64,000 nt of DNA, taken from Vicugna vicugna (taxonomy: Eukaryota). Positions 26,610 to 39,111 of the stretch are shown piece by piece. The position numbers and the translations under genes are program-made. The notes below the pieces were generated by a model that worked only from the letters and a program-made list of their open reading frames with translations, was not told the DNA's origin and searched no databases. Numbering within the stretch: position 1 is the stretch's first letter; each line of letters begins with the position of its first letter. Location of the stretch: positions 8,971,009-9,035,008 of the forward strand of contig MU058781.1 in the NCBI GenBank assembly GCA_013265495.1. Direction: 5' to 3'.

Positions 26610-26745
26610 AGTAGTGGGTCTTAGTTTGGAGGAAGAAGCTATGATTCACTTGAAAATCTCATGAAAACTAGGAACCTTCCTCTCAGAAAAATCGACATAA
26701 TGCAGATTTTTACATATTTTAAGGAGATTGTGGGCAGTCCTCTCC
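26610..26745 (+). mobile_element. MER103-like hAT fragment
   Basis: ttgaaaatctcatgaaaactaggaaccttcctctcagaaaaatcgacata resembles the recalled MER103C core. Confidence 0.45.
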
Positions 26746-26853
26746 TTAAAATTTTGTTGTTCACATTGTTCTGTTTTTACTTGGGTTATTTTATTTAATC
26801 CTTACAATCTGGGGCATCACAGAGGAAAGTAACTCATAGTGGCTTGATTAGTA

Positions 26854-27070
26854 CAGTTGACCCCTGAACAGCATGAGCTTAAGCTGCACAAGTCCACTTA
26901 AATATGGATTTTTTTTTCATTAAATACATCCTATAGTACTACACGATCCACAGTTGGTTGAACCCACAGATACAGAACTGCAGTTATAGAGGGAAGACTG
27001 AAGTTATTTGAGTCTTTGACTGCACAGTAGGTCAGTGCCCCCAACCCCAGTTTTGTTCAAGGGTCAACTC
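26854..27070 (+). mobile_element. Tigger2a-like MITE inserted in a MIR
   Basis: TIRs CAGTTGACCCCTGAACA / TGTTCAAGGGTCAACTC with TA on both sides. Confidence 0.87.
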
Positions 27071-28199
27071 TAAATGGTAGAGCTAGGATTCAGACTCCAG
27101 AACCTCTCCTTGTATCCAGGATATTGCACTACATCGAGGTTAAGACACCTTGTCTTTGTTTTTTTTCATGTTATTCAGTCAGGTTTTTCTAATAAGAGTA
27201 ATGGTGGCTTCCTAAGACCTAATAGAGTCATTTTTCATATTTTTTCTGTGCCCTGAATCTGTTTCCATAGCATGAGACTGTTTCTTAAAAGTTTCAAGAG
27301 TTCACTGCTAAGAGGCGTTCTTGCCTAGAGTCTCTTAAGAGAAAATTGTTTAATAACCTTTCAACTGCTTATATGCATCTCAGTTTTTTTAAATTTTTGA
27401 TCAATTTTTATAATATATTCCTACAATAGCTACCTATGTTGTTGATTTTCTTTTTCACATTTTTTAGCATAGAATTGTATGTAATATTCTCTTGATTACT
27501 ACCATCCCCTTTCCATTCCTCATTTTTTTAATCCCCTTGATTGGTTTGGCTAGTGTTGTCTGCTTCAGTATTGATTTGTTGTTGTGTTTCATTTTGTTTT
27601 TGTGAGCTCCTCCCCACCCCACACACAAATCAATATATGCTTGAGTGACTAATTGTTCCTATTTTTATATTTTCTGTTTCTGTTTTTAATTACATTCCTT
27701 TATTCTGAATTTCTTAGGATGTGGCTATTGTTAGGGTTACTGTTGTTCTTTTCCTAATTGCCAGACTTACACATTTGTTGCTTTATTTTTCTGTGTCTAG
27801 TGTGCAGTGTTCAGATTTTTTTTATTTTTAAATTGACTTATTTGGAGTTTTTCTTTTCTCCTTGATCTATAGTGAAGTGTTCTTAATTTTCATATGTGTT
27901 ACTTTCATAGGTTAATTATTAAATTTTTAAATAGTAGAACCCTAAGTTCATTCCTTCAAGAAGTGTAACCATTGTAGGGAGAACTGAACATGCATTGACA
28001 TGTGTGTGAGAAGAGAAACCTGAATTTACATTTTCAATTCTATTCAGTTCACCAAATATTTAATGATTCCTTACTGTGTGTCAAGAACTATGCTGAGTGA
28101 TGGGAACATTTCAGTGAAAAGATAGAAATAGTAGTCTCCTTTCTCATGAAAATGTTAGTCTGGTAGAGAATACAGGCAAGTACACAATTACAGGAAATA

Positions 28200-29125
28200 C
28201 AAGAGAATTAACTGAAAAGCTAAGAAGACAACTGAGTCTGAGCCAGCTACAAGATCCCATCAAAACTAAAATGAACAGAAAAGGACCATTTAAATAAATG
28301 TAATAGAAAAAGATCTCATTCACAATAGAAACTAAGCAAATACATATACCAACGAATAAATCTTATAAGAAATGCATAAGATTTGTATGATAAAAACTGA
28401 TACTTTTTGAAGAATGTAAAAAATAGATTTAAATTGTAAAGCATACACATTTCTGCATAGGATACTTTAATACAATGCTAACGTCAAGTCTCCTCATATT
28501 ACTCTATACAAACAGTATAATCTTAATCAAAAGCCCAGCAGGGTTTTTTGGTAAATTTTGCTACCAAAGAGTTAACAGTTCTATATAATGAATAATAAAG
28601 AAAGTTTTAAAATGAGCAATAAACCAGGGGTGAAAATATTTGTAATAATTGTAATTCAGTAATTTTAACTCAATAGAAAAATGGGCAAATGTTTTCAATA
28701 AAAGTATGAGAGATATTCTATCTCATTGGCACTTAGGGAAATGAAAATGACACTGAAAATATTTGTTCACCTTTTATGCAGCAAACTTTTTTAAATTGCT
28801 AATATACCATATTGTTGAGTGTAGGGAAGAAAGCAACCCCATATGCTAAGTGAGAAGTATAAATTGATAAAGCCATTTTGCAGGGCAGTTTGGTGGTATA
28901 CGTGAAAGCCATAACTGTAAATATTCTTCCTTCAGCCTAGTAAATCCACTTCTAGAGAAATGCTCACCCACGTGTCCAAAGAGGCAGGTACTGTTGCTGG
29001 TAGTAGCCAAAAATTGGAAAGTAGCCACTTGTCTATTAATAGGGAAGAAGTTAAATAAATTATAACATCTTCATTACATGATCTCCGGTGCATTAATTTA
29101 AAAAATAAAGTAGGGCTTTATGTGG
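28200..29125 (+). mobile_element. Degraded L1ME-type ORF2 3' fragment nested in L2
   Basis: A-rich sequence with tcattcacaatag, aataaatcttataagaaatgcataagatttgtatg and gtataaattgataaagccattttgcagggcagtttgg. L2 pieces flank it at ~28040-28190 and ~29128-29330. Confidence 0.65.
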
Positions 29126-29789
29126 TAACTTTCTCCTGAGAGCAGTGAGGAACCATTGAAGGGTTTTAAATGGAGGCATGGCGTAACCAGACCAGCGTTT
29201 TTAAAATCTGTCTCTGGATGGATTATAGAAAATGGATCAGAGAGACATAAAATAGAGGCAAGAATCCCATTACAAGGCTGTTAATCCATTCAGGCATCGA
29301 TGGTGGCCCCGTGGTATGGCAGAGCTGAAACCATGGTTACACAGCCAAAAAATACTCTTGGGTAGAAGTTCATTTTGTATTCTATTTTAATGTATGTTTG
29401 TTTGGCAGCTGTGTACAAAGTGCTTTCCTAGACAAGGGTGATAAATTAGGTTTCCTAACTGTGGTATCTATTTACTAATAGGTTAAAATTATAAACCCTG
29501 TTAGTTCTATTGTTTGCTTTCCAAATAAGGCCATTCACCTCCTTTTTGAAACAGTGGAGCCTGACTAGGTGACTAGTCTTTTTGCCTTGACTCTCAGGAC
29601 GCTCAGAGACAAATTCAGCGCTCACCTGCACTGACCATATAGCTTAGTATTTAGGGTATAATTAGCTTATCCTTTCCTCCATACTTTCATCTTTTATTTT
29701 CATTTTCAAAAGCTGCATGGTTATGTGTGGTTTTTTATTGTACAATATCCATTTTTTTAAAAACTAGACAGTTAAAATTACTAATTAAC

Positions 29790-30180
29790 TGTTAAAAAAA
29801 CAAAATTCAACTGAGTAAATTTTGAAGATCTTACTAATTTTATTCAATGAATCATGAATCAAGCAACATCCAACCTAGCCAATAGAAATGAGCTCAAAGT
29901 TGCTGTCCAAAATGTCCAATCTTCTATAGGCAGACGGGAGTAAGAACAAGGAAGTTATACCAGCAAAAAGTGGGTTGGTTGTGGTAAGATCACTTTCCTT
30001 TAGGGCATGGTAGGGGTCTGTCAGGCAGCTTACCTCACTGTTGCTGACCACATAATTCCTGATGGACTGGTTTAAGATTCCATTTCTGGGAGAGGCCAAA
30101 ACTGTAATTAAGTCTTGGTTTGGTGATGTGGGGCTTAGCATAAGTGACTCCATTTTGTACCTGTTGTCTTGTTCTTAACA
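29790..30180 (-). mobile_element. ERV1-type solo LTR (~390 bp)
   Basis: TGTTAA...TTAACA termini; minus-strand AATAAA (tttatt) near the left end; gactccatttt motif near the right end as in ERV1 LTRs. Family not assigned; TSD decayed. Confidence 0.75.
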
Positions 30181-30426
30181 AAATAAATGCATTAAATTTG
30201 CCATTTTAGCTGCATATTCTCTTTGAGCCCTGGTGACTTTGAGCCCTCATTTGACTTTTATCTCCTAAAGTTGTAAATATTTAATATTAGTTTAGTAAAG
30301 GTCTTTCTAAAAAGAAAGGGATGATTTTAACTCCAAAGCAAGCTACACAATAATTATCAGCTTCCCAGGATTAATTAAGCATTAATAACATTACTTTAAC
30401 ACTGTAACTTGACTTTGAAATTGAAG

Positions 30427-30620
30427 AGGTAGCATAGCATTATAGTTATGAACTCGGATTCTAGAGCCAGACTGCCAGGTCTGAACATGGCCTATGCCTC
30501 ACTCACCAACTGTGGGACCAGGGGCAAGTCAGTGCTGCAAAGGGTTATTTTGAGTGTTCAACCAGCTAATATTTGTAAAGCACTCACTATAGGTATTTGT
30601 TAAGTAAAAAATAAGTAAAT
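30427..30620 (+). mobile_element. MIR SINE
   Basis: gaggtagcatagcattatagttatgaactcggattctagagccagactgcc...actgtgggaccaggggcaagtca...tttgtaaagcact. Confidence 0.7.
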
Positions 30621-33600
30621 AAATGAAAAATAAAATGAAATGAAGATTCTTTTCTAGCATATGTCTTGAGATGGAAAAGAAGTTTATTTCATTTGAGGCT
30701 ATATGGTGAGAGGGGCATTGGAGGTTTAAAGCTTTCATTTTGGTTTTTCATGCGTGCAAATATGCTTCTGAAAGAAGAGAGCATTTTTCTATACATAATC
30801 AGTTGAAAACCATAGATTGTTTATGAATGTTCATGCTAATTAATTTGGAGTTACACTGAGAGGCCACATGGTGAAACACAAAGTGGAAAGGCTGGTATTT
30901 AAAAAGATGTGCAAGTAAGACAAATGAGTATGCCAGGTATGCTTCTGGTCTCCTGATTGGGGAAATTTTTAATCTGCTTGGGTGTTGTAAATTACAGTCT
31001 AAATAAAGGAGTCAAAAATGCTGCTTTGAATTCACGTGTCTAGATAGCCTTCCATGAAGAATGACACGTGCACTAGAATATGGAATCTTAAGAAGCACGA
31101 GGCAATTGAGCAAAGGGTCTTCTGCTCCTGTAGTCTGAAAGTGTCTGCAAAGGGTGAGATTTTGTTTCTGAAAAGCAATTCTCACAGTCCCCTGACTAGT
31201 AGAGAAGAATTATGATTTTAAAATCCACAACTCTGCTGTTCACTTGAATTATTTACATAAGTAAGGCTTCTCCTTCTTAAATTAGAACCATAGTGAAATA
31301 TGCTTTTTTTGGACTTTCTGGTGTTCTCAGTTAATTTAGGTAGACTTGAACAGAATGGAAATCTATAAAATACTGCCTTGTTTTTAAAGTTGGGTCTCTT
31401 CCCTTCTACTGTGTTTTAATACACTGGCTTATTTCCATTTTTATGATATTTAGTTTTTATATATCATGATAATTATTGTTTTGATAAATTGAACATCCCC
31501 CCACCACACACACACTTTATTTTTAGAAAATATATCTGTTATCAAATACAAGGAAGAACTAGCTCTAGTTTGTATTGATTGTGAATTTTTCTTTGATTTG
31601 ATTTAATTGCCTAATTCCATTTGGAAACTTGAATTTATATGATTATTTTTCTACCCTCTTTTCATTATCTACTAAAACTGAATACATAAAAAAGTAGGTG
31701 TTTTGAACAAAGCCAGACTTGATTTACAAAACCAAAGGCTTGACTTAAAGAGTGTGATATGACCTTCAGCCTGGCTAGGTATTATTTAAGGTTCCCATCA
31801 TCTGATCTAATTTTTTTCCTATTTAGTATAAAGCAAGGCATTACATTGCCTCAGAAATGACTGCTGGATCTGCTCAAACATTTACTGTCTGAGGAAACTG
31901 GAGAATCATCATTTACTGATACATTTGAAGATTTTCCAAAAAGATAGAGCGAACATGTAGAGTAACAGTTTTATGTTTAATAAAAATTTTCTCAAAGCCC
32001 AGCAACCTAACCAGAAATGTTGAATAAACCAATGTGGGAAGTGAAGTTTTTTAAAGTATTCTGTAGTATCTTAGCGGGTATTTTTATGTATTTCCTTAAT
32101 TCTAAGTTAGATGTAAACTTTCCCCATTTTATAGATGGCAAAAGTGACTAGCTTGTCCAAACAAGTCAGAATCTGACTTGAACTCAAACCTGTGTTAGCA
32201 CCCCTTGATACTTTGTCTAGTCCACCCACTAAATAAGAAAATGTCACTTAAAAGATAGGAACCACCAGTGTCACGAGCATAGGGCAGCAGAGCAAAGGAG
32301 GAATGAAGATGCAAGGGGCAATCATAGTATCCAAGGCAAGGGCAGTGTCCTGGGGAAAGAGCGCGATGAGGGAGAAAAGGAAACCGTCACAAAATTACGT
32401 TTCTTATCATTCTAAATTCTGCGACAAGGGTTATACATTTAAGAATTTTTTAATAATATAAAATTCTTGCACAAAGCCATTGCCTACTGTTCTTTGTAAA
32501 TCCTTCACCATTTACGTTGTGAATGACACCGACAGTGGAAAAGACGTGCCTGTGCTGTTAATATGGATGTGCCCTGTGTAAATTCTGAGCACACATAATG
32601 AAGAGGAGCATACTCTTTAGCTTAAAAAAAATCACATTAAAGTTAATTTTAACCTGTATATAAGGCTTTTTAAGTGAAAGAAAGGAGGGATCGCATTGTC
32701 AAAGATGATCTTGTTAGATAAGTCATTGCCAAAGAAATTCATTTGATTGAAAATGGTGCCCCCCAAAAGTTTCTAACTCAAAACAGTTTCTAGACAATAA
32801 CTTGTTTGCACAATCACTGGGCCTCTGTAGTCACAACAGCGATGTCAGTATCACCAACAACTTACTTTCATATAGCAGTTATCAGTTTCTTAAGAAGTGG
32901 TACCTGTCCTCACATTAAGTGAACTGACTGTAGTTGCGTCAGACTGAGGATCACAGGAGGACTCAGCCAAGCACTCAAGAACTCAGAGCCTGGGTCTCCA
33001 GCTGGGTTCCCTGTTCTTTCCAGAACACTGGGGTCACTAGCAAAGCACACAGTTTAGGGAGTGATTCCAGACGGCCACGTTTTTCTGAATTTTTAAGCAA
33101 ACAACATTTCAACTCGCAAAGTGCGACAGGATTGCTTGCTAGTGTCCCTGTTATCTTTTAACCTAGGGCACAGCAAGTGATAGACTCATTAGAAGGGAAG
33201 TGACTTCTCTGCTGTTGGCGTGATACGGCGTGTCTTCCCTCACCTGTTTTCAGGGTGAGGAAAGGCCTCAGCGTCTTTGCAAAGATTTTCAAAGAAAGAG
33301 GAGGAAGTAGGGTGGGTGGGTGATGAGGGAGTGTTGGGAAGAGAGAAAGAGAGAGTATGAGACCATAATAGAAACAGTACCCAAACTAGGCTTATGAAAT
33401 AAGTTGCCCTGATTTAAACAACTCATTATCATGGCTTTGCTTGTTAATAGTCAGATGCTTCCTTCATTTATCAGTCTGAGGCCTGGTTTAACCCCAAGAC
33501 TAAGGCTAAACAGTCACGTGCTGCCCATGAAGATGCCTAGTCAGGAGCAAGCCTTTGGCAGGGGGGTGGAGAGTGGGGGGAAGGATTTCCCGTGTCTTTT

Positions 33601-35126
33601 CTAGGAAATACTGGGGGTGGGTATATTTTAATAATTAGCCTTAAATTCATTTTATATTTCTTGCCTACTAGCTTTCTGGCAAGCTGAAGAATTTGGAAGT
33701 AATTGTGTATCTCTACAGTTTTTAAAAAATCAGAAATAAAATGTTTGTGACTGAATATTGTAAGCTATTAACTGTCGCCTCCATAAAACAGCACTTTTTT
33801 ATTTGCTGCACAAGTCTCCGTCTATATGTACTCCAAATAATAGATTACTATCCCTTTGAATTTTAAAGCATTAAAAAAAATCATTCAGCTTCACGTTATT
33901 ACCTCTGGGGCTTTGGTTAAGAGCATTGCAGTGGGCCTTAATTTTCTTATCAACAGTGTAAGGGTTATGTCAGTACCTACCTCGTACGGGGTTTGGTGAA
34001 GAAGCCGTATTTCATCACTGGAACAGGGGCCGCAGTAGGGCAGTGCTTGTGCTTATGGTCATGGTGGGTAGGAGAAATGAGTAATCGAATCAAATTTTCT
34101 CTTTCTTAAACTTTCTCATGAATCCTTCCCACCCACCTACCCACCACCACCACATTTGAAACAGTAAATCTGGCACCTTTAAGTTTTGTATCACTTGCCA
34201 ATCCTTGTGCTACCAAAGAGCGTATCCACTGGAACACACCACTGAGCTTGGTGGACTCATTTCCAGCTCCAGGCATTTCTAGAAGTAAGCTGAACTTAGC
34301 TGTCTGGTCCTGGTTGTATTTATCTGATCTTTCAGTGATTTCTAGAAAGCCTCAGAGAGAGTTCCGCCAAACCAATCCGAAATAGTTGTTCAGGAAACTG
34401 GATTAACATTTTGAATTTTAAAACTATCCAACTACTTTTTTGCCTAAGTTGTAAGTGATCTGTAGGGCTACTGATTTTGCTTTATTAATTTTTTCCATCT
34501 TGTATGTCCCCTAAAAAAGGAGGCACAGGTAGGTCTTTTGAAGAACTTTTGTGGTTTTGTCTTCTGATTGTGATCTGGTAAGCAAGAAATTCCCGAATCT
34601 GGCTGTCTTTTCCCCCAAATCTCCTAATCTCTGAAGGGTGCAAATCGAGTGCATCTATGTCTTGCTGAAGTCAGTTTAGAGATCTAATCACAAATTTTGG
34701 ACCTTGATTTTAAAGGCCGTTTTCTTAGCCTACATTTTGACATTAGCTGTTCTATATTTGATGTATTATAATCTAATATGAAGCAGAGAACTCAAGGTGG
34801 CTATTTTGAGAAAAGATTTTAATTATTTTCCATCCTTCTCTGTTAATAATGAAAATTTCCCATCTTTTTGTGCTTTACCCTGTTGCGTGATAATTATAGT
34901 ACCTTTTATCTTCCCTTAAAGGCCTTGTTTTGTGCTCTCTTCCAGACACAAAATAAGTAGCAGCTTTGTAGACTGCATTAAACACTTGGGCTAGGATGCC
35001 TGGTGCCCAGGAGCTGTATCTAACTTACAAAGTAGCCTTGAGCAAGTTACCTAAGTTCCTTGTGTTTCTTCATCTGGGAGTTGGAAACAACAAAAGTATA
35101 CGTGAAAATGAAATATAGGGAACTGT

Positions 35127-35292
35127 CATCAACATCCCTCACCAGAGTGGCACATTTATTACAAGTAATGAACCTACACATACATCAGTAGAGGGGGCTG
35201 TGCTCGGATAGGGGTGGAGATACATGAGAAGTCTCTGTACCCTCCTCACAGTTTTGCTAAGAACTTAAAACTGCTCTGAAAATACAGTCTTT
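35127..35292 (+). mobile_element. Short L1MC-type 3' end with an inverted 5' segment (35127-35187)
   Basis: 35127-35187 is the reverse complement of the recalled L1MC segment TGATGTGTCAATGTAGGTTCATC...ACCACTCTGGTGGGGGATGTTGAT. 35188-35292 is the directly following sense segment (...tctctgtacc...ttttgct..gaacttaaaactgctct). Confidence 0.7.
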
Positions 35293-35300
35293 CCTATACA

Positions 35301-35336
35301 TTAATTAATTAATTAATTAATTAATTAATTAATTAA
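35301..35336. repeat. (TTAA)9 palindromic microsatellite
   Basis: 9 perfect TTAA units; self-complementary. Confidence 0.97.
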
Positions 35337-35561
35337 GGAACTAGGTAAAATAAGATTATTATAGCTGCTGTTTGTTATGAAGGTGGTAACAGAAAAAAAT
35401 GCATTTCTTTTATGGTCCTTTGAATAAATTAGGGAATTAAATCCTTTGAGAATTACCTCACTGATGATTTGATTCCAGTTTAGCAATTTTTCCAGAAGTA
35501 TCAGTGCATGACAATATAACTGCAGAAATATGACCATGTACTTGTTAAAAAAGCTGGTTCT

Positions 35562-35690
35562 TTCATTCATTCACTTAACAAACATTTATTGAACACCTAC
35601 AGTGAGCCAACCATGGTGTTTAGCACTAGGGATATGGCTGTAAATAAAAGAAACAAAATCTCTAATCTCATAAAATCTAGAATCTTGGGA
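35562..35690 (-). mobile_element. L2 3' end
   Basis: ttcattcattcacttaacaaacatttattgaacacctac...agcactagggatatggctgtaaataaaa. Confidence 0.75.
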
Positions 35691-37374
35691 GCTTTCATCT
35701 AGGTTATTGATTTCCCTTAAAAAAAATTTTAAGGTATTAGCTTGCTCAAGGTAAATAGAATATTTTGCCCAGCTGTAGTGCCATATGTATGTACTGTTCT
35801 TCATACTTCACACTGTCCTAGGTACTGTTTAGTAACAGAATTGTTTATTATGATGATTCTGATATGTTAATGAAGAGATACTCATTTGCAAATAACTTTA
35901 ATCTATAATTGAAATCTGGCAGCTCTCTTAAAAATAAAGACAGTTAAAATGCATAGTCACTGGCATGCTGTATTAAATATGCAATTGCAAAACATTAAGA
36001 AAGACATATCCTATTTATCACTTTTAATGAATCTTTCACCCTAGTCCCACTGTAAGCCCTAGATGGTATTCCTGCCATCCCACCCATATGCTTCTAAAAG
36101 CATTAACTGTTCATGGGTCCGTGCGTGCCCTAGTATAAAATCAAAATCTCTAGGGTGTTTTTGATCACACATAAGCAAGCTAAAAAAAAAAAAAAGAAAG
36201 CCCAATAACGTTACCATATCCTCATTAAGATGATGGGCCCCTGACCGTAGCCTGATGTTTGCCTAGCAATCTGAAATTCATGTATGCAAAAGGAATTTTT
36301 CTTATCCTTTTGAAAGAAGAATGATAAATATTTATATAGCCTTAACTCTTTCAGGCAGGTACAGGATCACGTTTTAGAATGGCAAGATGCTGCTCAGGTT
36401 TTTGAGGGGGGAGGGTGGGTGTTTTTTTGTTTTTGTTTTTTTAGCATAATTCATCCTTCTCGCTACTGAAAAAATGAATTGTAGATTATCCATATTGGAC
36501 AGTCATCCTTCTTTCTCCCCATTAAGTATGTTTTGTCTTACTTCTCTGAAATCCTTTTGAGTTGTGGCTTTTCGGGCAGGATTCCGAGAGAGACAGAGAC
36601 AGACAGACAGACAGACACAGGGCAGTGGGCAGCAGGACTTCTGACCAGACCTAATTCCTCCTGCAGCCTTCTGCTTTGTTAGCATGTTTAGCAACCGTCT
36701 TACACTCAGTAGTCATGCATCCATACCATATTGCTTTCTCAAACTTCTTCCGATTCTGAAGCAGTAATTGGATAGAGCCCCCAAGATGGCTTTCTACTTA
36801 AAATTAAAATTTTTTCCTGACTCCTTGAATCAAGATATCCAGGAGTAATGCTGAACTCTCGAACATGTTTCAGCTCACAGAGCTATCTTCTATAGTAAAT
36901 GAAAGATGCATGAAACTTGGGAATTGACTCCTGGCGGTAACAGGAGTGCCATCGGCTGTGATACCAATAGGAATCCAGCTTTTCCAGCACATACACTGAT
37001 TCCCACAAGTAGGTTATTCATCTGAAGACAATTCAAGATTTGAGCCAGGTAATTATTTTAATTGCTGCTTTCCGACTGGTAAACCGAATCCTCAAAATGT
37101 TACTCCCATTCATTCCTTCCTTCAGCCTTGCCTTCGGCGAACACTGTTAATCCCAGGCTGTGTGTCTGCTCTGGGAGTGAAGAGAAGGAACAGTGACGCT
37201 GAGATCAGTGCCAGGTCGCGCAGCAAGGGCCAGCCCCTGGCCGTGTCCATGGGACACTGTTGCTGCTGCCACCACAACCACCGCCTTTTCACTGGGGGCG
37301 CTGCTGGCCCTGCCTCCCCATGAATCTGTGAGCCAGAAGTGACCCTTCCAGTTATTGATTTCAAATTCCCACCC

Positions 37375-37490
37375 CTTTTTTTTAGATGAGGAAACTGAGG
37401 CTCCAAAGCGAAATGATTTGTTTGGGGTCACATAGCTGGTTAGTGGCAGAGGTCAAACTAAAGGCTTCTTGACTCCTTAGTTAGGACGCT
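37375..37490 (-). mobile_element. MIR SINE (core)
   Basis: ttttagatgaggaaactgaggctcc...tgatttgtttggggtcacatagctggttagtggcagag. Confidence 0.8.
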
Positions 37491-37760
37491 TCAAGCTCTT
37501 CTCCTACTGGCTGGGGTTCTTTCTTGAAAGGGAAGGAAATTGTACCAGTGTACCCAGAAACCTTTGTAGGATGTCAGACCAGAGACAGGGGCTGCGGTGG
37601 ATCTAGGCACTTATTTGGAATTAAAATACCAAATTGTTGTGCTTTAAAAATAAAAAGTAGAATAGAATTCATAGTAACATGCTGTATTTGCATAGTATCT
37701 TTTGGCAAACCTTTAGGGTGAAAATAGGCAAGAAAGTAAAAAAAACTACAATGTGCTCTC

Positions 37761-38303
37761 TTTTTTAATTGAAGTGTAGTCAGTTTACGATGTACTGTCA
37801 ATTTCTGGTGTACAGCCATACATAAACATATATATATATCCCTTTTCATATTTTTTTCGTGGAAGATTACTACAAGATACTGAATGTAGTTCCCTGTGCT
37901 CTACAGTAGGAACTTGTTGTTTATCCTTTGTGCCCGTTTTCTCTCTGTCTGTCTGCCGACCCACCGCTGCTGTCTCCTCCCGGCCTCTGGAGCGCCCGCC
38001 CATTCTGGCCCAGCTGGCCTCCCTGCCGGAGAGGGGGCTTCCTAGGGTGAGGGGCTTTCCCCCTTTGCTGCTCCCTCCCCCGGGAACAGATCCTGCCCCA
38101 ATTTCCTTTTTCTTTTTTCTTTTTTTCCTCTCCTACTCAGTTTCATGAGGATTTTCCTTGTAGTTCCCAAAGTAAGCGATATTCTGCCAAAGCTCAGTAG
38201 GCATTCTGTGCGAATTGTTCCACGTGTAGTAGTTCTTGATGCATTTGTGGGAGAGGGTGAGCACTGCGTCCTTCTCTACCATCTTGGCAACCCCCCCCCA
38301 CCC
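37761..38303 (-). mobile_element. Bipartite L1-derived element: L1 5' UTR (37926-38303) fused to L1 3' end and A tail (37761-37925), no ORFs
   Basis: The minus strand begins G-run-TTGCCAAGATGGTAGAGAAGGACG...CCCACAAATGCATCAAGAACTACTACACGTGGAACAA, like recalled cetartiodactyl L1 5' ends with a YY1-type CAAGATGG. It switches at ...GCACAAAG|GATAAACAACAAG to the L1 3' UTR end. TSD core ATGTGCTCT at 37751-37759 and 38309-38317; right flank TTTT/AA. Confidence 0.85.
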
Positions 38304-38518
38304 TAGCCATGTGCTCTTTTAAATAGAAATTCGGTGAGAGGATTTTTAAAAATTCACTCTTCCTGTAGTGCGGAAGGTGGAAACCAGTTCCTGAACGTTG
38401 AGTAGTTCACCCCATAGCAAAGGGGCTTTCAGGATTTAAGTGACGTCCCAAGGTTTATTTTAACTGTGCGCTGCCACATGCGGAGTGTAACATTAAAATG
38501 CCTTGCCCCAGGTCTACA

Positions 38519-39111
38519 TGTTAAGGAACTCAGGTTCAGCGGCTCACTGCTTGAAAGCCAATACTTGAGAGACGAGTGCTGGTAGGAAAGGAATGATTAC
38601 TTTATTCAGGAGGCCAGCAACTCCAGGAGGTGGCGGGCTCGTATCCAAAAACCAGCTCCAAAGATTCTGCTCAACCATGAACATTTTTAAAAGGAGAATC
38701 ATTTGGGGAGAGGGTCAGAGTCTTCCTTATCTTTCAGTGTGTGCAGACTTCCTTCTGACTGGTTGATGGTGAGGTAATAGGACGGTGTTCAGGAATCTTG
38801 TGCTCAGCCTGAAGTTGCCATCTCCTACTTGGGTGGAGGCCTTAGTTCCTACAGAGGAACTCAAAGGTATTGTTATGTATATTCCTTGAGAAGGAGCCAG
38901 GACCCTGCCCATGGCTGCACTGTTGTTTCTTGACTGGTCCTCTTTGGTTTCTGCATTCCCTCCCTTCATAGACAAGCAACTGTTTGAATCTGCCCTTAGG
39001 AACTCAGGGAAGGTCGAGGAAGCTGAAGGAAGCCTATTCCATACAAACAAGAAAAGGGGCAAAGAAAGGATTTGTACCCAGGGACTCCCCACAGGGCCTT
39101 GCTCCATTTCA
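38519..39111 (-). mobile_element. ERV1-type solo LTR (~590 bp)
   Basis: TG...CA termini; 4-bp TSD TACA/TGCA (38515-38518, 39112-39115); minus-strand AATAAA at 38601-38606. Resembles recalled cetartiodactyl ERV1 LTRs. Confidence 0.8.

Noticed and set aside
37286..37304. CTCF-like ttcactgggggcgctg
   Set aside because: Only the 3' half matches; the CCACCA half is largely mismatched.
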